DNA from: Azolla caroliniana | Lineage: Eukaryota > Plantae > Polypodiophyta | Length of the DNA stretch: 64,000 nt | Direction of reading: 5' to 3' | NCBI GenBank assembly: GCA_043228905.1 | Contig: JBHGNT010000109.1 | Location: forward strand, 1-64,000 | Shown: positions 10,470 through 23,890 of the stretch, one piece after another | Layout of the letters: every line of letters begins with the position of its first letter | Numbering within the stretch: position 1 is the stretch's first letter | Notes under the pieces: model-generated | What the model was told of the DNA's origin: nothing | The model's database searches: none | The model's input: only the letters and a program-made list of their open reading frames with translations | Program-made: the position numbers and the translations under genes

Positions 10470-11700
10470 AAAATTAAAGTTGAAATTTGCCGCTCGCCAT
10501 TCCTCATTACATTCAGCATATTGGTACCTCTCCCAAGTGGGGTTACTATTCATATATGTGTGCTTGTTTTTATCTAGTGACTGTGTTATGCGATTTGAAC
10601 GTAATAAGACATCTGTTTTGCCCTGAGTTTGGGGTGTTAAGCGTCTCTAGCGTAAATCCATTACTCTTGCCACTCTGTGTCCATCTCTGCTATATATTTT
10701 ATCGGATGGTCCTGGCCAAATCTTGGTTAAATCACATCTCCATTGTCGTCTGGCCGGTTTTGAATGGCCTTCCTTCTCCATCCTGAATTGTTCACTGCTG
10801 TTATCCCAGTTCTTGGTGTTATCAGGGTCATATAGGCGTCATAGAGTGAAGATGAGGCTCGGCGGTGGTGAAATGGTATATTAATTGGCGGCGCTCTTTC
10901 GATTCAGCTAATAGTTTGCGTAGTTTGGCTATCCATTAATATCTGGATGTCTGTTATCTTCCCATGTTTGTTCGCTTTTCTGTTCTTTCTTTTCCAATGA
11001 TTACTGTAATAATGTGCTTCAAATCATGTTCTTACTTATGGTCTATGCAGACTTCTGTGCGTTTGCCGTAACATTGCCAACGCTGATGGTGGGACGTTTG
11101 GACGTGGCAATGAAAAATGTGGTAACCAGTGCGTGCCTTATTCCATCGTTTTAATGCCACTGTAAATAATTTTTCTTTCTGGATGGTTTCAGACTCTGAT
11201 TCCAACGACATCGTCTCCGTCTTTTGTGGTTCCTTCTCATTTGATTTCCTGTTTGACGTGGAAGGAAACAACAATGGAATGGGGAAGTATTTCCCTCCAC
11301 TCCTGTTTCCTGTCAAGTTGAATCTATGAACTGATAATGCTTGTTTAATCTTCTGCCTTTGTAAATTGCGGTGGAATGATTGATTAATACATCACCTGCG
11401 GAGCCGGAGTTTCATGGTGAAATCCGTACCATTGGGAAGTTAATTTGCAGTACTGACACTACTCCTGCTTTCTTTGTTGTCGTTTCTGGAGTTATTGAAA
11501 GGTCAAGCTCTACGAGACCTTTTTGAATGAGCACGCTGGACCGGAAATCATGTGTGATGTGTAACATGGTAGTATGTCTAGTTAATGTTGATTGGTATTT
11601 CAATTAATCTTTTATTGTGATAGCCTTGCCCATTCATCGAAGTAATATTCTGAGAATAATAGGTCGTCTTTAACCATCTGTTGATTAGATTAGATTGCAT
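10470..11700 (-). pseudogene. Decayed ORF, possibly the C-terminal part of a non-LTR (LINE-like) ORF2
   Basis: Minus-strand frame with scattered stops, containing KARTGYH...QC...VCIDHK*EHDLKHI, reminiscent of a C-terminal Cys/His motif. Identity not established; boundaries approximate. Confidence 0.3.
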
Positions 11701-11997
11701 TGTGTCTGAATGCATAAGAGTTAAGTCTCGAATTTTTTGCTCTTATTGTGGTAATGACACTTGGAAAAAAAATGAAGGTTTATCTCATTTATATAAATGG
11801 AAGCGATTGTTTTAATTAGTCCAATGAGAAATGACAGGTCGTCTTTAACCATCTGTTGATTAGATTAGACTGCATTGTGACGGAATGCATAGGATTTAGT
11901 CTTCAGTTTTTTCCTCTTATTGTGGTAATAAAAAAATGAAGGTTTAACTCATTTATGTAAATGGAAGCGATTGTTTTAATTAGTCCAATGAGGAATG
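11661..11997. repeat. Imperfect direct tandem duplication, ~175-bp period
   Basis: AGGTCGTCTTTAACCATCTGTTGATTAGATTAGA...ATGGAAGCGATTGTTTTAATTAGTCCAATGAG begins at 11661 and again at 11836. Confidence 0.9.
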
Positions 11998-12092
11998 ATT
12001 TACCTGCAATGCTAGCATAGTTATTGCCTCAGTTCGGTAGGCCCCTGGTAAAATAAGTGAAGCAATTACTTATAATCACTCACAAATATATG

Positions 12093-12159
12093 AAGAGAGA
12101 GAGAGAGAGGGAGATACAATTTTATGGGATGGATTAACAAGTACTCTATACTTCAATCA

Positions 12160-12190
<31 letters not shown>
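12093..12190. repeat. (GA)n and (CT)n microsatellites in inverted arrangement
   Basis: GA run ~12093-12113 and CT run ~12162-12190. Confidence 0.85.
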
Positions 12191-12192
<2 letters not shown>

Positions 12193-12914
12193 TACAATGG
12201 ACTGCCCCATTATGAAGTGTCATTTTCCATTGTGCTCCCTGTGAAAGGATGGAAAATCAACAATCGTAGATCAAAATAATAATGATAAGAAATGCCTATT
12301 AGCAGTAACAAAAGAATGCTTTAATAGTGCTTAACCTCGTTAATGAGCTTGACTAAATAAAAAGAGAGGGGGATAGTCTGGCTACCTTACCCATAGATAA
12401 ACTCTTGGAATCTTGAGTTATAATATATGGAAGACCATGCTTTTACTAAGATTACGAGCATAACAATTCCTGTTATAATCTACATAAGTACGTGAGGTAT
12501 CTTGAGATGTCTTACTATTATCTTTTGGACACGTAACATTTCTTGCATATGAAATGTTAATTGAATAATCTCTTGAATGAAAATTAACATTGATATACAT
12601 ACGTTGGGATTGAAAAATATGCAGTACCTTCGAAATAGTTATATGAGGTAAAATTATGTTTATATACGTTATAAGAAAATTCTATTGAGAAATTGATTGA
12701 CTTAATCAATTTTCTTATCAAAATAATAGTGATTATAACATACTTGTGCCCAAAGTAATTATCTAACATTTAAAGACTTGCTCTATAATTCTAATCTTGT
12801 TGAACCGTCTTTACAAAAAGAGTAGTTCCTCTTATTTATACGTAGGGTAACTAAGCCCTAACTATAAAAGAGTTTTCACACTAAAGATAAACAGGCAGTG
12901 TGAGACTTTTCATC

Positions 12915-13720
12915 TAACAAACCCCATTGTTCCAATTTATTTAGGGTCATCACCCTCGTAAACTCAAATACAACATAATTTAAACAGTTTGCAAGCTATA
13001 AAGAATTTATTTAAATTAGGAGTGGTTGAGTTAGCTCAAGTGGTTTGGCTGTTCTGGCTTTTTGGTTCTTATGGTTAGTCAGCTCTTTGGCTTGGTGCTT
13101 GAATTGGTCCTTTTGGCCCTTCTTCTCCTTCGTTTGATTTGGCTTTTTTGTTGACGTCAACTTGTAGTCCCATTTGTCTCCTTAGACTTTTGAAGTGATG
13201 ATCTAGGACTGGTTTGGTCAGGCAATAGGTGATATTCACCTTGGTATTAAATTTCTGGGCTTTGAGCTTTTTGTTGATAATGAGCTCCCAAATATGATGA
13301 TACCTCACCTCTATGTGTTTTATCTTCAAATGGTAAATGAGGTTTTGCATGAGGTGAATTGTGCTTTGTGAGTCGTAGTGCAAGGTCAAAGTAGTATTGA
13401 TGATTTGGCCTTTACTTGAAAATTGCTCATTACTTGTAGATTGATAGCTTCCTTAGCTACTTCAAACACAACAATGCATCCACCCTTTCTTGTGGAGAAT
13501 GCCATACATTCTTGGAGTTTTGATCTCCAAGAAATTGCTTCGCATGCATAGGTGAAGATATAACTTGATGTTGATTTTTTGATGTTGTGATTTTTGACAT
13601 AATTAGAGTTGGTCAAGCCTTTGAATTTGATTGAATGATTCGAACCAAATGTCAATTGCATATTTTTGGTTCCCCAAAGGTATCAGAATATGTGCTTGAT
13701 TACTTTCTAGTGCGTCTTCT
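12915..13720 (-). mobile_element. Old Ty1/Copia remnant (end of RT and RNase H)
   Basis: KSTSSYIFTYACEAISWRSKLQ and YDSQSTIHLMQNLIYHLKIKHIEVRYHHI are degenerate Copia RNase H motifs. Confidence 0.8.
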
Positions 13721-14482
13721 CGATTGATAAAACTTTGTTAGCTTTTAGCCTCGTTCGAATCTTGTCAATGCCCAAATAATTGGTTTTGATCCTTTGATCG
13801 ATACAAATGTTTGGTCGGCATTGTTTGAACCCATGGTTGGAGATCTTGTGGGGGATCTCCTATTGTAATTTTCTTGCGTTTTTGTTGGATCTACTTCTAT
13901 TGTGGGAGTGTTCGGCCAATTCATGTGTTGTCGCTAATTTGGATCGGTCGATCAACACACGAATTGATTCAACCTTGCTTATTGCCTTTATAGTCAGTTT
14001 AGCTTGGGTGGCCGAATCGCTAACCCTTTGGGTTCGAGGTTTGTCATTTTGTCCTCAAACTCGGTTGGAGAATGGTCAAAACTAACTCTCTTGTTCTGGG
14101 CTTTGTTTGGATTGACTTGATTGATTATTCATTGATGACTATGTCGTTGCTATGAATGAGTTTCTTGTTGTTAAGGACAAAAGAATTAGACAAGGTTGCA
14201 ATCGACAAGCGTAAAAGTGCCACAAAGACACGATTGACAAGCTAAGGGCAAGTATCATTAATTGGTGTTATTCACCTTGAACTCAACAATTTATACTAAG
14301 CGGCATACATGTATGTTGCGTGCATGTGATACACTAGAGCATGTATGTACGCATGCATGTGCCAAGTGTGAATAATACAATGCAGCAATTATGCTCATGA
14401 TACTATCTTAAAGCCACAAGGAACAATTATGCATATGATTGTATATTGGACATGTTGGTTAACCCATAACACTTGATTATAA

Positions 14483-14645
14483 CACAAAAGACAACAAAAG
14501 AAAAATTAGAAAATGAGTTCTCATACCAACTGTTATGTTCCTAAAACGGCATTTTGTACGCGCTATGGCCATTATAAGTTTTTGGTTATGCCTTTTGGTT
14601 TGACCAATGCTCCGGCTACATTTTAACAAGAAATGAATGACATTT
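14483..14645. mobile_element. Junction scar: minus-strand PBS/leader of a Gypsy-A-related element fused to a ~110-bp plus-strand Gypsy RT fragment
   Basis: 14483-14530 resembles 40535-40580. 14535-14645 closely matches 21463-21573 ([23 protein letters not shown]). Confidence 0.75.
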
Positions 14646-15159
14646 TCGTACACTTGACGATGGTCTTGTCTTCCATGAAGACTATGTCCCGACTCTAGAA
14701 CACCTTCTTGTCGACCAGATCCCATACCCGGTAACCGAACTCATCGTTGCCGTATCCAAGGAATATGCATGGTGGGGACTTCGGATCTAGCTTTGCTCTC
14801 TTGTCTTTTGCCACATGCACGTATGCGAGACACCCAAACACCTTCAGATGCTGGTAAGATACATCTTTGCTAGTCCATACCTTCTGAGGTGAGTCTCCTC
14901 CCAAGGGTACTGAGGGTGATTTGTTTATCACCTAGGTCGCCGTCGTCAGCGCCTTAGCCCAAAACGTCTTGGGTAACTTGGCATGTGCGATCATGGTCCG
15001 GACTCTCTCCATTATTGTCTAGTTCTGGCGTCTTCGGCACAGTGAATTCAAGCCGGATAGCACCTGATCCTTCGTCTTCAATGGTGAGACCCACAACTTC
15101 CGGTTGTGGTCATCTATGAACGTCATGAAGTACTGCGATTTGGCATGTGACTTCGTGTC

Positions 15160-15678
15160 TGTTGTAGGTTTAGGGTTAGGGTATGATAATGATAAAGATA
15201 AGAATAGGGCTACCAATGATGGTAGATTGATAATGAAGATAAACATAGTGTAATGGTGAAAATGATGAAGAGTATGATGGTGAGAGAGATGATGAAGATG
15301 TTTACAAGCATTGAGAATCATTGCGGGGTGGGGGTGGTGCCTAGAATGGCTCCACCCCCCTCCCAAGGGGGTTCAATGTTAGGGAGAGGGAAGAGAGGGA
15401 GAGACAGATGACAAGAGAGAGATTGAGAGAGAAATGATCATTCTCTTCATTCATTCCCTATAAGGGGTTAAATAGGTACAAAAGGGTAGATACATAGGGG
15501 TGCAAGTCCCCTTGGGCATTCACACCTAGTCACTCACTCACACCTCTTTGTATCCACCACACTCACACTAACATTCACACTCATAATCGTATAACATTAC
15601 ACATACATATCAACACATTACATCTTTCACCCTCACTTATCACACTTATCAATCACCCGTACATCTTGTATGGTAACA
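15160..15678 (-). repeat. LTR of element B' (3' LTR position)
   Basis: TGTTG...GGTAACA termini. Adjacent internal sequence (ATGACAAGCCCATGGGAGAGTGCCTTGCACGTCGATCCCAC) is homologous to that beside the B 3' LTR at 17321-17363. Confidence 0.7.
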
Positions 15679-17149
15679 CAATATGACAAGCCCATGGGAG
15701 AGTGCCTTGCACGTCGATCCCACATGCCTTGATCACAATCTTTCTTTGACCGGAACTTCAATCGGTCCTTTCAACGACTCACTCCCTCAATCGGAGCGCT
15801 TGACTCGAACATCTTCATCGACACGAACATTCCCATTCTGTCGGTTCACAAACTTCGGTAACATCATTCTGGTCGTTAAACAACATTGTATGTATGTGTG
15901 TTCTTCTTTGTATCTTGTGAGTTGTGTTTGGATCGCATTCATTTCTTTTAGGTTCATGGGTTTTCGAAATCTCGTAGGTGCCCTTTGATTTTTAAAATTT
16001 TATATTGTACCCTTATGTTTATGAAATTTGTTGGTCTACACTCATGTTTCTGAAATTCTTCACATGCCCCTATGTTTTTCTTTTCTTTTTCCCTCTCTTC
16101 TTCCTCTTATTGTTTTCTGTTTTTCTTTAGGTTGTTTTCCTTGTCTCTTCTTCTTATCGTTCTTTCTCCCGTCTCTGTTTCTTCTTATTTTCTGCATTTT
16201 CTTGTTCTTTCTTCATCTCCTCTTCCTAATCCTTCTCTACTAGTGCTTGTCTATCTCGATCTTCGCTTTTGTCCTTGTCTCTTTCTCTTCCTCGTCCTCC
16301 TCTGACTTCTTCATGGTATTCATTGTGATCATCTTCTGTGCCTGTGTGTTGAAGGTGGCGGTGGCGGTGGTGATGAGAAGATTTATGTCCGTTTGTCCAT
16401 TGTGTTTGTTTTCCTCTTCTCTGTCTCTATATCATTGTTCAGCCGTCGCTACTCGGCGCCTGTCCGTCCAGTCCCTAGTTCCTCCGTCTATTCGGCGTGT
16501 CTCTGTCTGACCATTGCTCTGGCCGCAATTTGGTCACTGCCACTATCGGGCTACTGTCCAGTCACTCTGGCCACTCTCGCCCACTATCCAGCCATTCCGG
16601 CCTTCGTCCTTATGTTTTCGTCAGTTGTTTTTAGCTTTTCTTTCGCTTTCTTCATTGCCTTCTCCATCTTTGTTCCATCATTTCCATCTTTGTGGGCCCT
16701 GTCTGACTAGTCTCTGGTCGTTTGTCTGATTCATGTCTGTCAAATCTCGTCCAGCCATCGCTGTTTCATTCAAGCGTTGTCTCTATCCAACCCATCCATG
16801 CCTGTTTGGTTTGGTCATCATTCGGCCCTCCGGTCGTTTGTCTTTTTGGCCATGTTTGACCGGTCATATGTGGATAGAAATGCACTCTCTCATCTTTGGA
16901 AGATACGGCTTGAGATGATTGGGTCTCTCTCTCCTCTGTACTTCCATTGCTAACCCAGAGATCATAAACTTTTGTTCGTCTTTCTTTTGCGATCAACTAC
17001 ACGCAAATCGTCAACACCATTTCTCATTCCTCGACTTCGTTCCGTATATCGTGACCGCCATTTGCAACACATCATCAATTTGATTTCTTGCACATCATCT
17101 TTACCATTATCTCACATTTTGCATTCACGTTGTCGTCGCGCATCTCGAC

Positions 17150-17320
17150 CTGTGCCAAAACGATGCCAACCGGCACCTGTTTGGAACCGGTCCGGATCTG
17201 GATCGGCATACCGATTCTGGTCCGTCCGTTCACGTCTCATCAACTACTTAATTATAATAGATTTTGAATATCAATCCCTCTTACATTCTGGTCTTTAACT
17301 CCTTTGCCGGCTGGGTAACA
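17150..17320 (-). repeat. Truncated 3' LTR of Gypsy B
   Basis: Matches 38100-38268; homology stops near 17150. Confidence 0.9.
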
Positions 17321-18059
17321 CATGGCACGCCCGTGGGACAGTACCTTGTACGTCGAATCCCACTATCCGTGTTACGAGCATGACCATATAATATCCTGTG
17401 CTGAGAATTTACCGTAGTATTCTATACACGTGGATAAGTGTGAGGGTTAAACGAGAGTGTAAAGAAGGGGAGGATTACTTTTAAATCCTCGGGATTGAGA
17501 CAACCCATTAGGCCAAGTGTGAACATGGCTGGGGGCCTTGGGTATCGCTTAATAGAGGCCTAGCTACCCTCATTTCATTATCTTGTTGACTACGTCGAGA
17601 CTCTGTCTTGTGGTGGGTCAACTCTTGTAGCAAGCGCGCCACCACTAGGTACGACTCGACGCCACGACGATGGTATGGGACGCCGATCGAGGCTCGAGTC
17701 CGTCTCGATCCCTTCGCTCAGGGGTGGTCGGGTGGATCGGCACCCTTCTTTCTCTCTCTCCTTTCTTTCTATCCATCCTTATCTGATGCTTCCTTTAGTA
17801 CATGTCTCTAATATTTGGTTTCAGAGCCTATGTACTAATGTTTCTTTTGTTGGTCTTTTCTTCTCGATGGATGGCAATTGATTGTTGTGCGGTTGGCGTT
17901 CATGCAGACGAGGATCAACAAGGAACTTCGGTAATCTTTCTTGTTATTTTTTGTCTATTTTTTTTTCTCCCATCTAATCATGTGTATGGGTAATATGTAG
18001 ATTATTTTCATTAATCAAATGATGTTATAGTGGTATTTAATTGGTTATCTAAAACGCTT

Positions 18060-18330
18060 ACATATGTGCACAAGGTCAATACCTTGTTTGACATATAAAT
18101 AATATGTGATGAGTGTCGTATGCGTACGAGGTTAATACCTCAATTAGGTATTACGTTCACGAACATATGTTACATTTGCGTATGAGGTCAACACCTCGAC
18201 TTTGTTGTAAATGATATGTGTTTGGTCTCGTATGCGTAAGAGGTCAATACCTCAATTGCGTATTACGTTGAACCCTTATTTTTGGATGTCTTGTGTGCGT
18301 AGAGGTATATGCCTCGATTACGTATCTCGA
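18060..18330 (+). repeat. Imperfect ~60-bp tandem repeats in the Gypsy A leader (also ~54645-54920)
   Basis: About five copies of the core TATGCGTA.GAGGTCAATACCTC. Confidence 0.8.
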
Positions 18331-19509
18331 TTACGTCATTTTTGGCTATTAAATATAACGATTTCTTTAATGTAGGCATATGTGGTCACATGTATACATA
18401 GTTGATCATATATATGTGATAATATACATATGTGTATATAAGTTATTATGTGATTTTAAATCGAATGTTTTCCTTTTCGGGGAGAGGTTCTTGGTGGCCG
18501 TCCTCACATTTTTGTGAGAATTGTGTTGTCACCATCCTTTTTTTCAACAAATTTTTATTGTTGAAATCCCTGTTGGGGACTTCGATATTTCGTTACGTAA
18601 AGAAACGCCAATAGCCATAATGATTTTGAGTACGTAGGGCTTGACCTACTTCATGTGAGGTCGCTCCTATGACAAACGTATCCAACATCCCTCCCTCATT
18701 AGATGGATACGATGCGACCATGAGATCATTCTTACGAGAGGCATTCGTAATGACGTGACCATGTGATGGGCCATGTGGGCCTACTACGAAAAGAGGGCTC
18801 ATTTGGCTTGAACATTAGGTTGCACTTTGGCGTATGCCATCGTAATTACGAGACTTGAGGTTAGGTAACGTACCAACATAGTTGTAGTAAAGGAGGGCGA
18901 AATAAGGACTCTTGACATATATGTTTCTTTTAAAAAGACATATATGGGCAAATGCCTCGCGTATCTCTCATACACATGAAACATTAAACATTCAAGAAGA
19001 GCAACCTACTTGGTTGGCTCAAGTGTTTAATGCATTTGTTCTCGAGGTCTCGAGTTCAAATATGAACAAGACCATACAACATCATTTATACATATGATTA
19101 TAACACATGTTTAGACTTGAGGTCTAAGTGCAGTTCGGGGTCCTCGTAATAGGACTTAAAGAGCCAAAACCACATATGTGGGCACCGAAACATAGTTTAT
19201 TGTTAACATTTTTTTCGTGTATAAACTATTCATGATGCGAACATACATGGTTGAGCCTCGGGGAGCCACCATGAAAAAATTGATATAGAGATCAGGGAAA
19301 GACATTTATTTGTCACCCCCATGGTTTTTAAAACACCTTTGTGTTACCATAGTAACTTGATCTTGAACCTCATCTCATACGTCTAGAGGGGTATTAACGT
19401 GAGATAATGATATCGATTAATGCTCGCCCATGATAGGTTTACATTACAACATGATGTAATGACTATCTCTCTGACCTTATCCTATTTCTTTTCCAGAAAT
19501 AATCATTTA

Positions 19510-22500
19510 ATGGCTCAAAATAATGACCCGATGTCCTCCGCTCAAGCGGAAGGAACTCAAGGGAATCCTCCTGGACAAATGTCCATTGAGATGTATTTTT
19601 CGCAAATAACCCAATACCTTAGTTTCACCACTCAACAGATGACCGAACTTCGGCAATCTCAAAGTGCTCTTGAAGCACGTGTCATTAGTCTACAACGTGA
19701 GACTAATACACATTATGAGCGACAGGGTGAACCATCGTTTGTCGTTAAGCCATTTACGGGAGACAAAAAGGAAAGAACCGAAGAAGCAATCTGCACATGG
19801 CTGGGTCGATGGGAGTCTCATTTTGAGCTCTATCCCATGCCACATAGTACGAAGATTGCATTTGTCGGCCGAGAACTAGGGGGTAAGGCCGCCGCTTGGT
19901 GGCGTGGGCTTCATACTTTGGGGAAATTGCCCGATACATGGACAGATTTTGTCACAGTTTTCAAGGTCTTATTTCTGCAACCTCCCTCTCGAACCGAGGC
20001 AGCACAAGCTTTAATGAACCTCTTTAGCAGGAAGTTTTCCTCGCTAGAAGACTATGTCCACCATGCTAGAACCCAAATCCAAAAATCGGGTCTAGCAGGG
20101 GACAACTAGTTAATAGCTTGTTTTGTCAATGGCATCCCCAATTCGGACTATCACTGGATAGTGCACGATAAGGATCCAAAATTCTTCGAAGAGGCCGTTG
20201 AAATAGTTCTTTCCTATCAACACACTTCGAAGAAGAACCACAACAAACCCAACGAAGTGCCCAGGACTAAGCAGTCGCAATTCGTTGGGAAACGCAAGAC
20301 ACCCAACGAATTCATGGATCGCGATTGTAAGCGACAACATCCTTTTTGCGTATTCTGCAAAAAGAAGGGTCATACAAAAGATCAATGTTGAAAGCTCCAA
20401 CGGAAAGAGCACGACAACAAAGCTAAAGCTGCAGACCATAAAGGTCTGATTCCTAATGTCCTTCAGGTCTATACACATCATTTAAGTAATTGTCAATGTT
20501 CTTTCCCTCACTATGTATTGGGTCCCAATGATTTACTACGTGCAAATGAGTATATCAATGGATCTCCCATACAATTTTTATTTGATTCAGGAAGCTCACA
20601 CAATTTTGTGAATGATCGTTTGGTTCAAATATGGGGAATCCAACCAACCGTAAGTGATCACACCTACACGGTGCACTTGGCTGATGGAAGAGTACAATAC
20701 ATCAACGGGGCGATTCATTCATTAGGAATTTCTATTGATACTTATATAGAGGAAGTAGACTTCCATGTAATGAATCTTTGTACCACCGATGTAATACTGG
20801 GTTATCCCTGGTTTTATAATAAAAACTCTTCTTTATTTATTGATTGGGTTCGCCATTCCATTTCTTTTGTACTGAACGATTGTACGCATTTTATTCAATG
20901 TATCAAAAAACAATCCCTCTCGATTGTTTCCTCGTGTTCATCAAAATCCGAGTTGTCTTGTCTTACGTTATTTTATTGTGTACTTGATCCGGACATTCAC
21001 GTTTACAATATCGATAATGTCCTGGTTCAATTAACATATTTTGACCAACAACAACTTGATGAAATCTTAAATGATTTGCATGATGTTTTTCCAAGTGAAC
21101 TACTAAACGTAATATAGACCATTGTATAGATATTGTACCTGGTGTTGCACCAATAAGTATACCTCCTTATCGCTTAAGTCGATCCGAAGAGGATGAGGTA
21201 GCTAAGCAACTCAAGGACTATTTACGAATGGGTTATATACGTTATAGCAAATCTCCATGGGGGGCACCAGTTCTCTTGGTTAAAAAGAAAGAGGGGACAT
21301 GGCGTATGTGTATTAATTACCGACGCTTGAATAAAGTGACGATCAAGAATTTGTATCCATTGCCCAAGGCTGACAATCTAATTGACCGTCTCCAGGGAGT
21401 TCGGTATTTTACGAAACTTGATCTCCGTATTGGCTACCATCAAATTCGTATAAGTGAGGACGATGTTCCTAAAACGGCATTTCGTACGCGCTATGGCCAT
21501 TATGAGTTTTTGGTTATGCCTTTTGGTTTGACCAATGCTCCGGTTACATTTCAACAAGAAATGAATGACATTTTCCGAGAACAACTTGGGAAATTTGTCG
21601 TTATTTTCTTGGATGATATTTTAGTTTATAGTCGTAAATTACAAGAACATGCGAAACATGTCCGCTTTGTTTTACAAACAGAAAAATAGTTTGATGCAAA
21701 GATCTCAAAATATGAGTTCTTCAAGAAATCAATTACTTATCTTGGACATCTCATAACCGAACGAGGAGTTGAAATTGATCCTTCTCGCATCGAGAAAATC
21801 AAGCTTTGGCCCACTCTTCGAAATATATGAGAAGTTCGATCATTCCTTGGTTTTATCGGGTTTTTGCAAAAATCTCTTCGTAATTACTCCCAATTGACGA
21901 CGCCGTTTACTGATCTTCTAAAAGGTCAAACGCGTAAGTCTACAAAACCTATTGTGTGGAATGTTACACTAAACCTCGCCTTCAAGGAACTCAAGGACCT
22001 GGTATGCAGGGCTCGTTCACTTCTTTTACCCAATCCTTCAAAACCTTTTGAGGTTGAAACCGATGCAAGAGATTATCCTATAGGTGTTGTCTTATATGAA
22101 GATGGTAAACCAATAACATTCGAGAGTAAGAAACTTGATTCTTCTTAATGTCGGTATACCGTTCAAGAAAATGAATTATTTGCAGTTATACATGCGCTCA
22201 AAACATGGCGCCATTCTCTTTATGGAAATCACTTTGTGGTAACTACGGACCACGAGTCCTTGAAATATTTTTGTGAACAACAAGACTTGAAAGGTCGTAA
22301 GGCACGATGAGTTGATCTCATCCAGGACTTTGAACACTGTCGCTGATGCACTAAGTCGCATCCGTGAAGTTAACATGCTTAGCTTCACTGAAATAACATC
22401 AGATCTTTATGATCACCTTCGAGGAAAGTATCCTGATGACAGTTATTTCGCAAAATACTAGGTAAAAGTTGAGTCTGGAACAGACACCACCACATCCTCG

Positions 22501-23890
22501 AAGGAATACTTCCACATTGCTAACGGTCTGCTCTACTGTAATGGCAAGGTTTGTGTTCCAGATTTACCCGAGGTCAAAAAGAGGATTCTTTTTGAATGCC
22601 ATGATGCACCCTCAGCAGGGCACCCTGGAATACATCGTACACTCGTTCTCATCTCCACTCAATTTTATTGGCCTAAGATGTGCCCTGACATACATAGCTA
22701 TGTGACTAAATGTCACCAATGTCAGGTTAACAAAGCCGAGCGACTTAAAGCCGCGGGACTTTTACATTCCTTGGACATTCCCAACAATAAGTGGGAAAGT
22801 ATATTCATGAATTTTATTGTTAGCGTTCCTCGCACCCAAAAAGGCCATGATGCCATCTGGGTTATGGTTGATCGACTAACTAAAATGGCCAGATTTACTG
22901 CTACTAAAACCACGGTTTACAGCTCCTTAATTGGCTTACCAATTCGTTGACGAATTATTTCGTTTTTATGGGTTACCAATGGATATCGTGAGTGATCGAG
23001 ATCCAAAATTTACTAGTGACTTCTGGATGCAAGTCTTTAAGAAGTTAGAAATTACGTTGAGCATGAGCTCCACGGATCATCCTCAATCCGATGGACAAAC
23101 AGAATGAGTAAATCAAATTATTGAGGACATGCTTCGAGCATATGTTGGTGCCAAACCAACAAAATGGGAACGTTATCTCCCAAATTTGGAGTTTTGTTAT
23201 AACAGCTCCAAGCATACGTCGACGGGATATAGTCCTTTTATGTTGATGTATGGTTTTCAGCCACGAGCCCCGATTGATGTTAATATACATCATGATGAGT
23301 TGCGAAGTACGCAAAACTTTCTCCGGGATATGCAAGATATGTATTATATTGCACGAGATAATATAAAAATAGCTCAAGATAGACCATGTTTTTATGTTGA
23401 TCATCATAGGCAACCTCGTGTATTCAACCTTGGACAGAAGGTATTTTTACGTGTACCTCACAATTCTAAGACATTGTCTAAGGGTAAGCACGCTAAGTTA
23501 TCCCCACGGTTTTGTGAACCTTTTACAGTCCTCAAACGCATTGGGTCATCAGCTTATCGTTGTGCTCTTCCCGATGGTGTTGGAATTCATCCAGCCTTTC
23601 ATGTGAGTCGTCTAAAAGAACTTCCAGGTTCTGGCAACAATACAGTTACAACTGAAACTCTGGTTACTTTTGAAGATTTATCTTCTAAACCACATGTACC
23701 AAAAAGAATTCTCGATGTTAAAACAAAAAAATTACGTGCCAAAGAAATCCGAGAATTTAAAATAAAATGGATGGATAAATCAATAAAAGATGCCACATGG
23801 GAACGCGAGAGTACTCTCAAAACTAACTTTCCTAACTTTCATATGCAAGAGTGCAATGTTTTAAAGAGGGGGAGTATGTTACATGCATGA
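19510..23890 (+). pseudogene. Gypsy A gag-pol with stops and frameshifts
   Basis: CVFCKKKGH knuckle, FLFDSGSSHNF protease, [18 protein letters not shown] integrase, IKWMDKSIKDATWE chromodomain. Confidence 0.93.

Noticed and set aside
15168-15181. TTTAGGGTTAGGG telomere-like motif
   Set aside because: Only two units, inside an LTR; not an interstitial telomere array.
16028-16729. Hydrophobic Phe/Leu/Ser-rich plus-strand ORFs resembling membrane proteins
   Set aside because: They are the antisense of a purine-rich E/K/R-coding minus-strand region.
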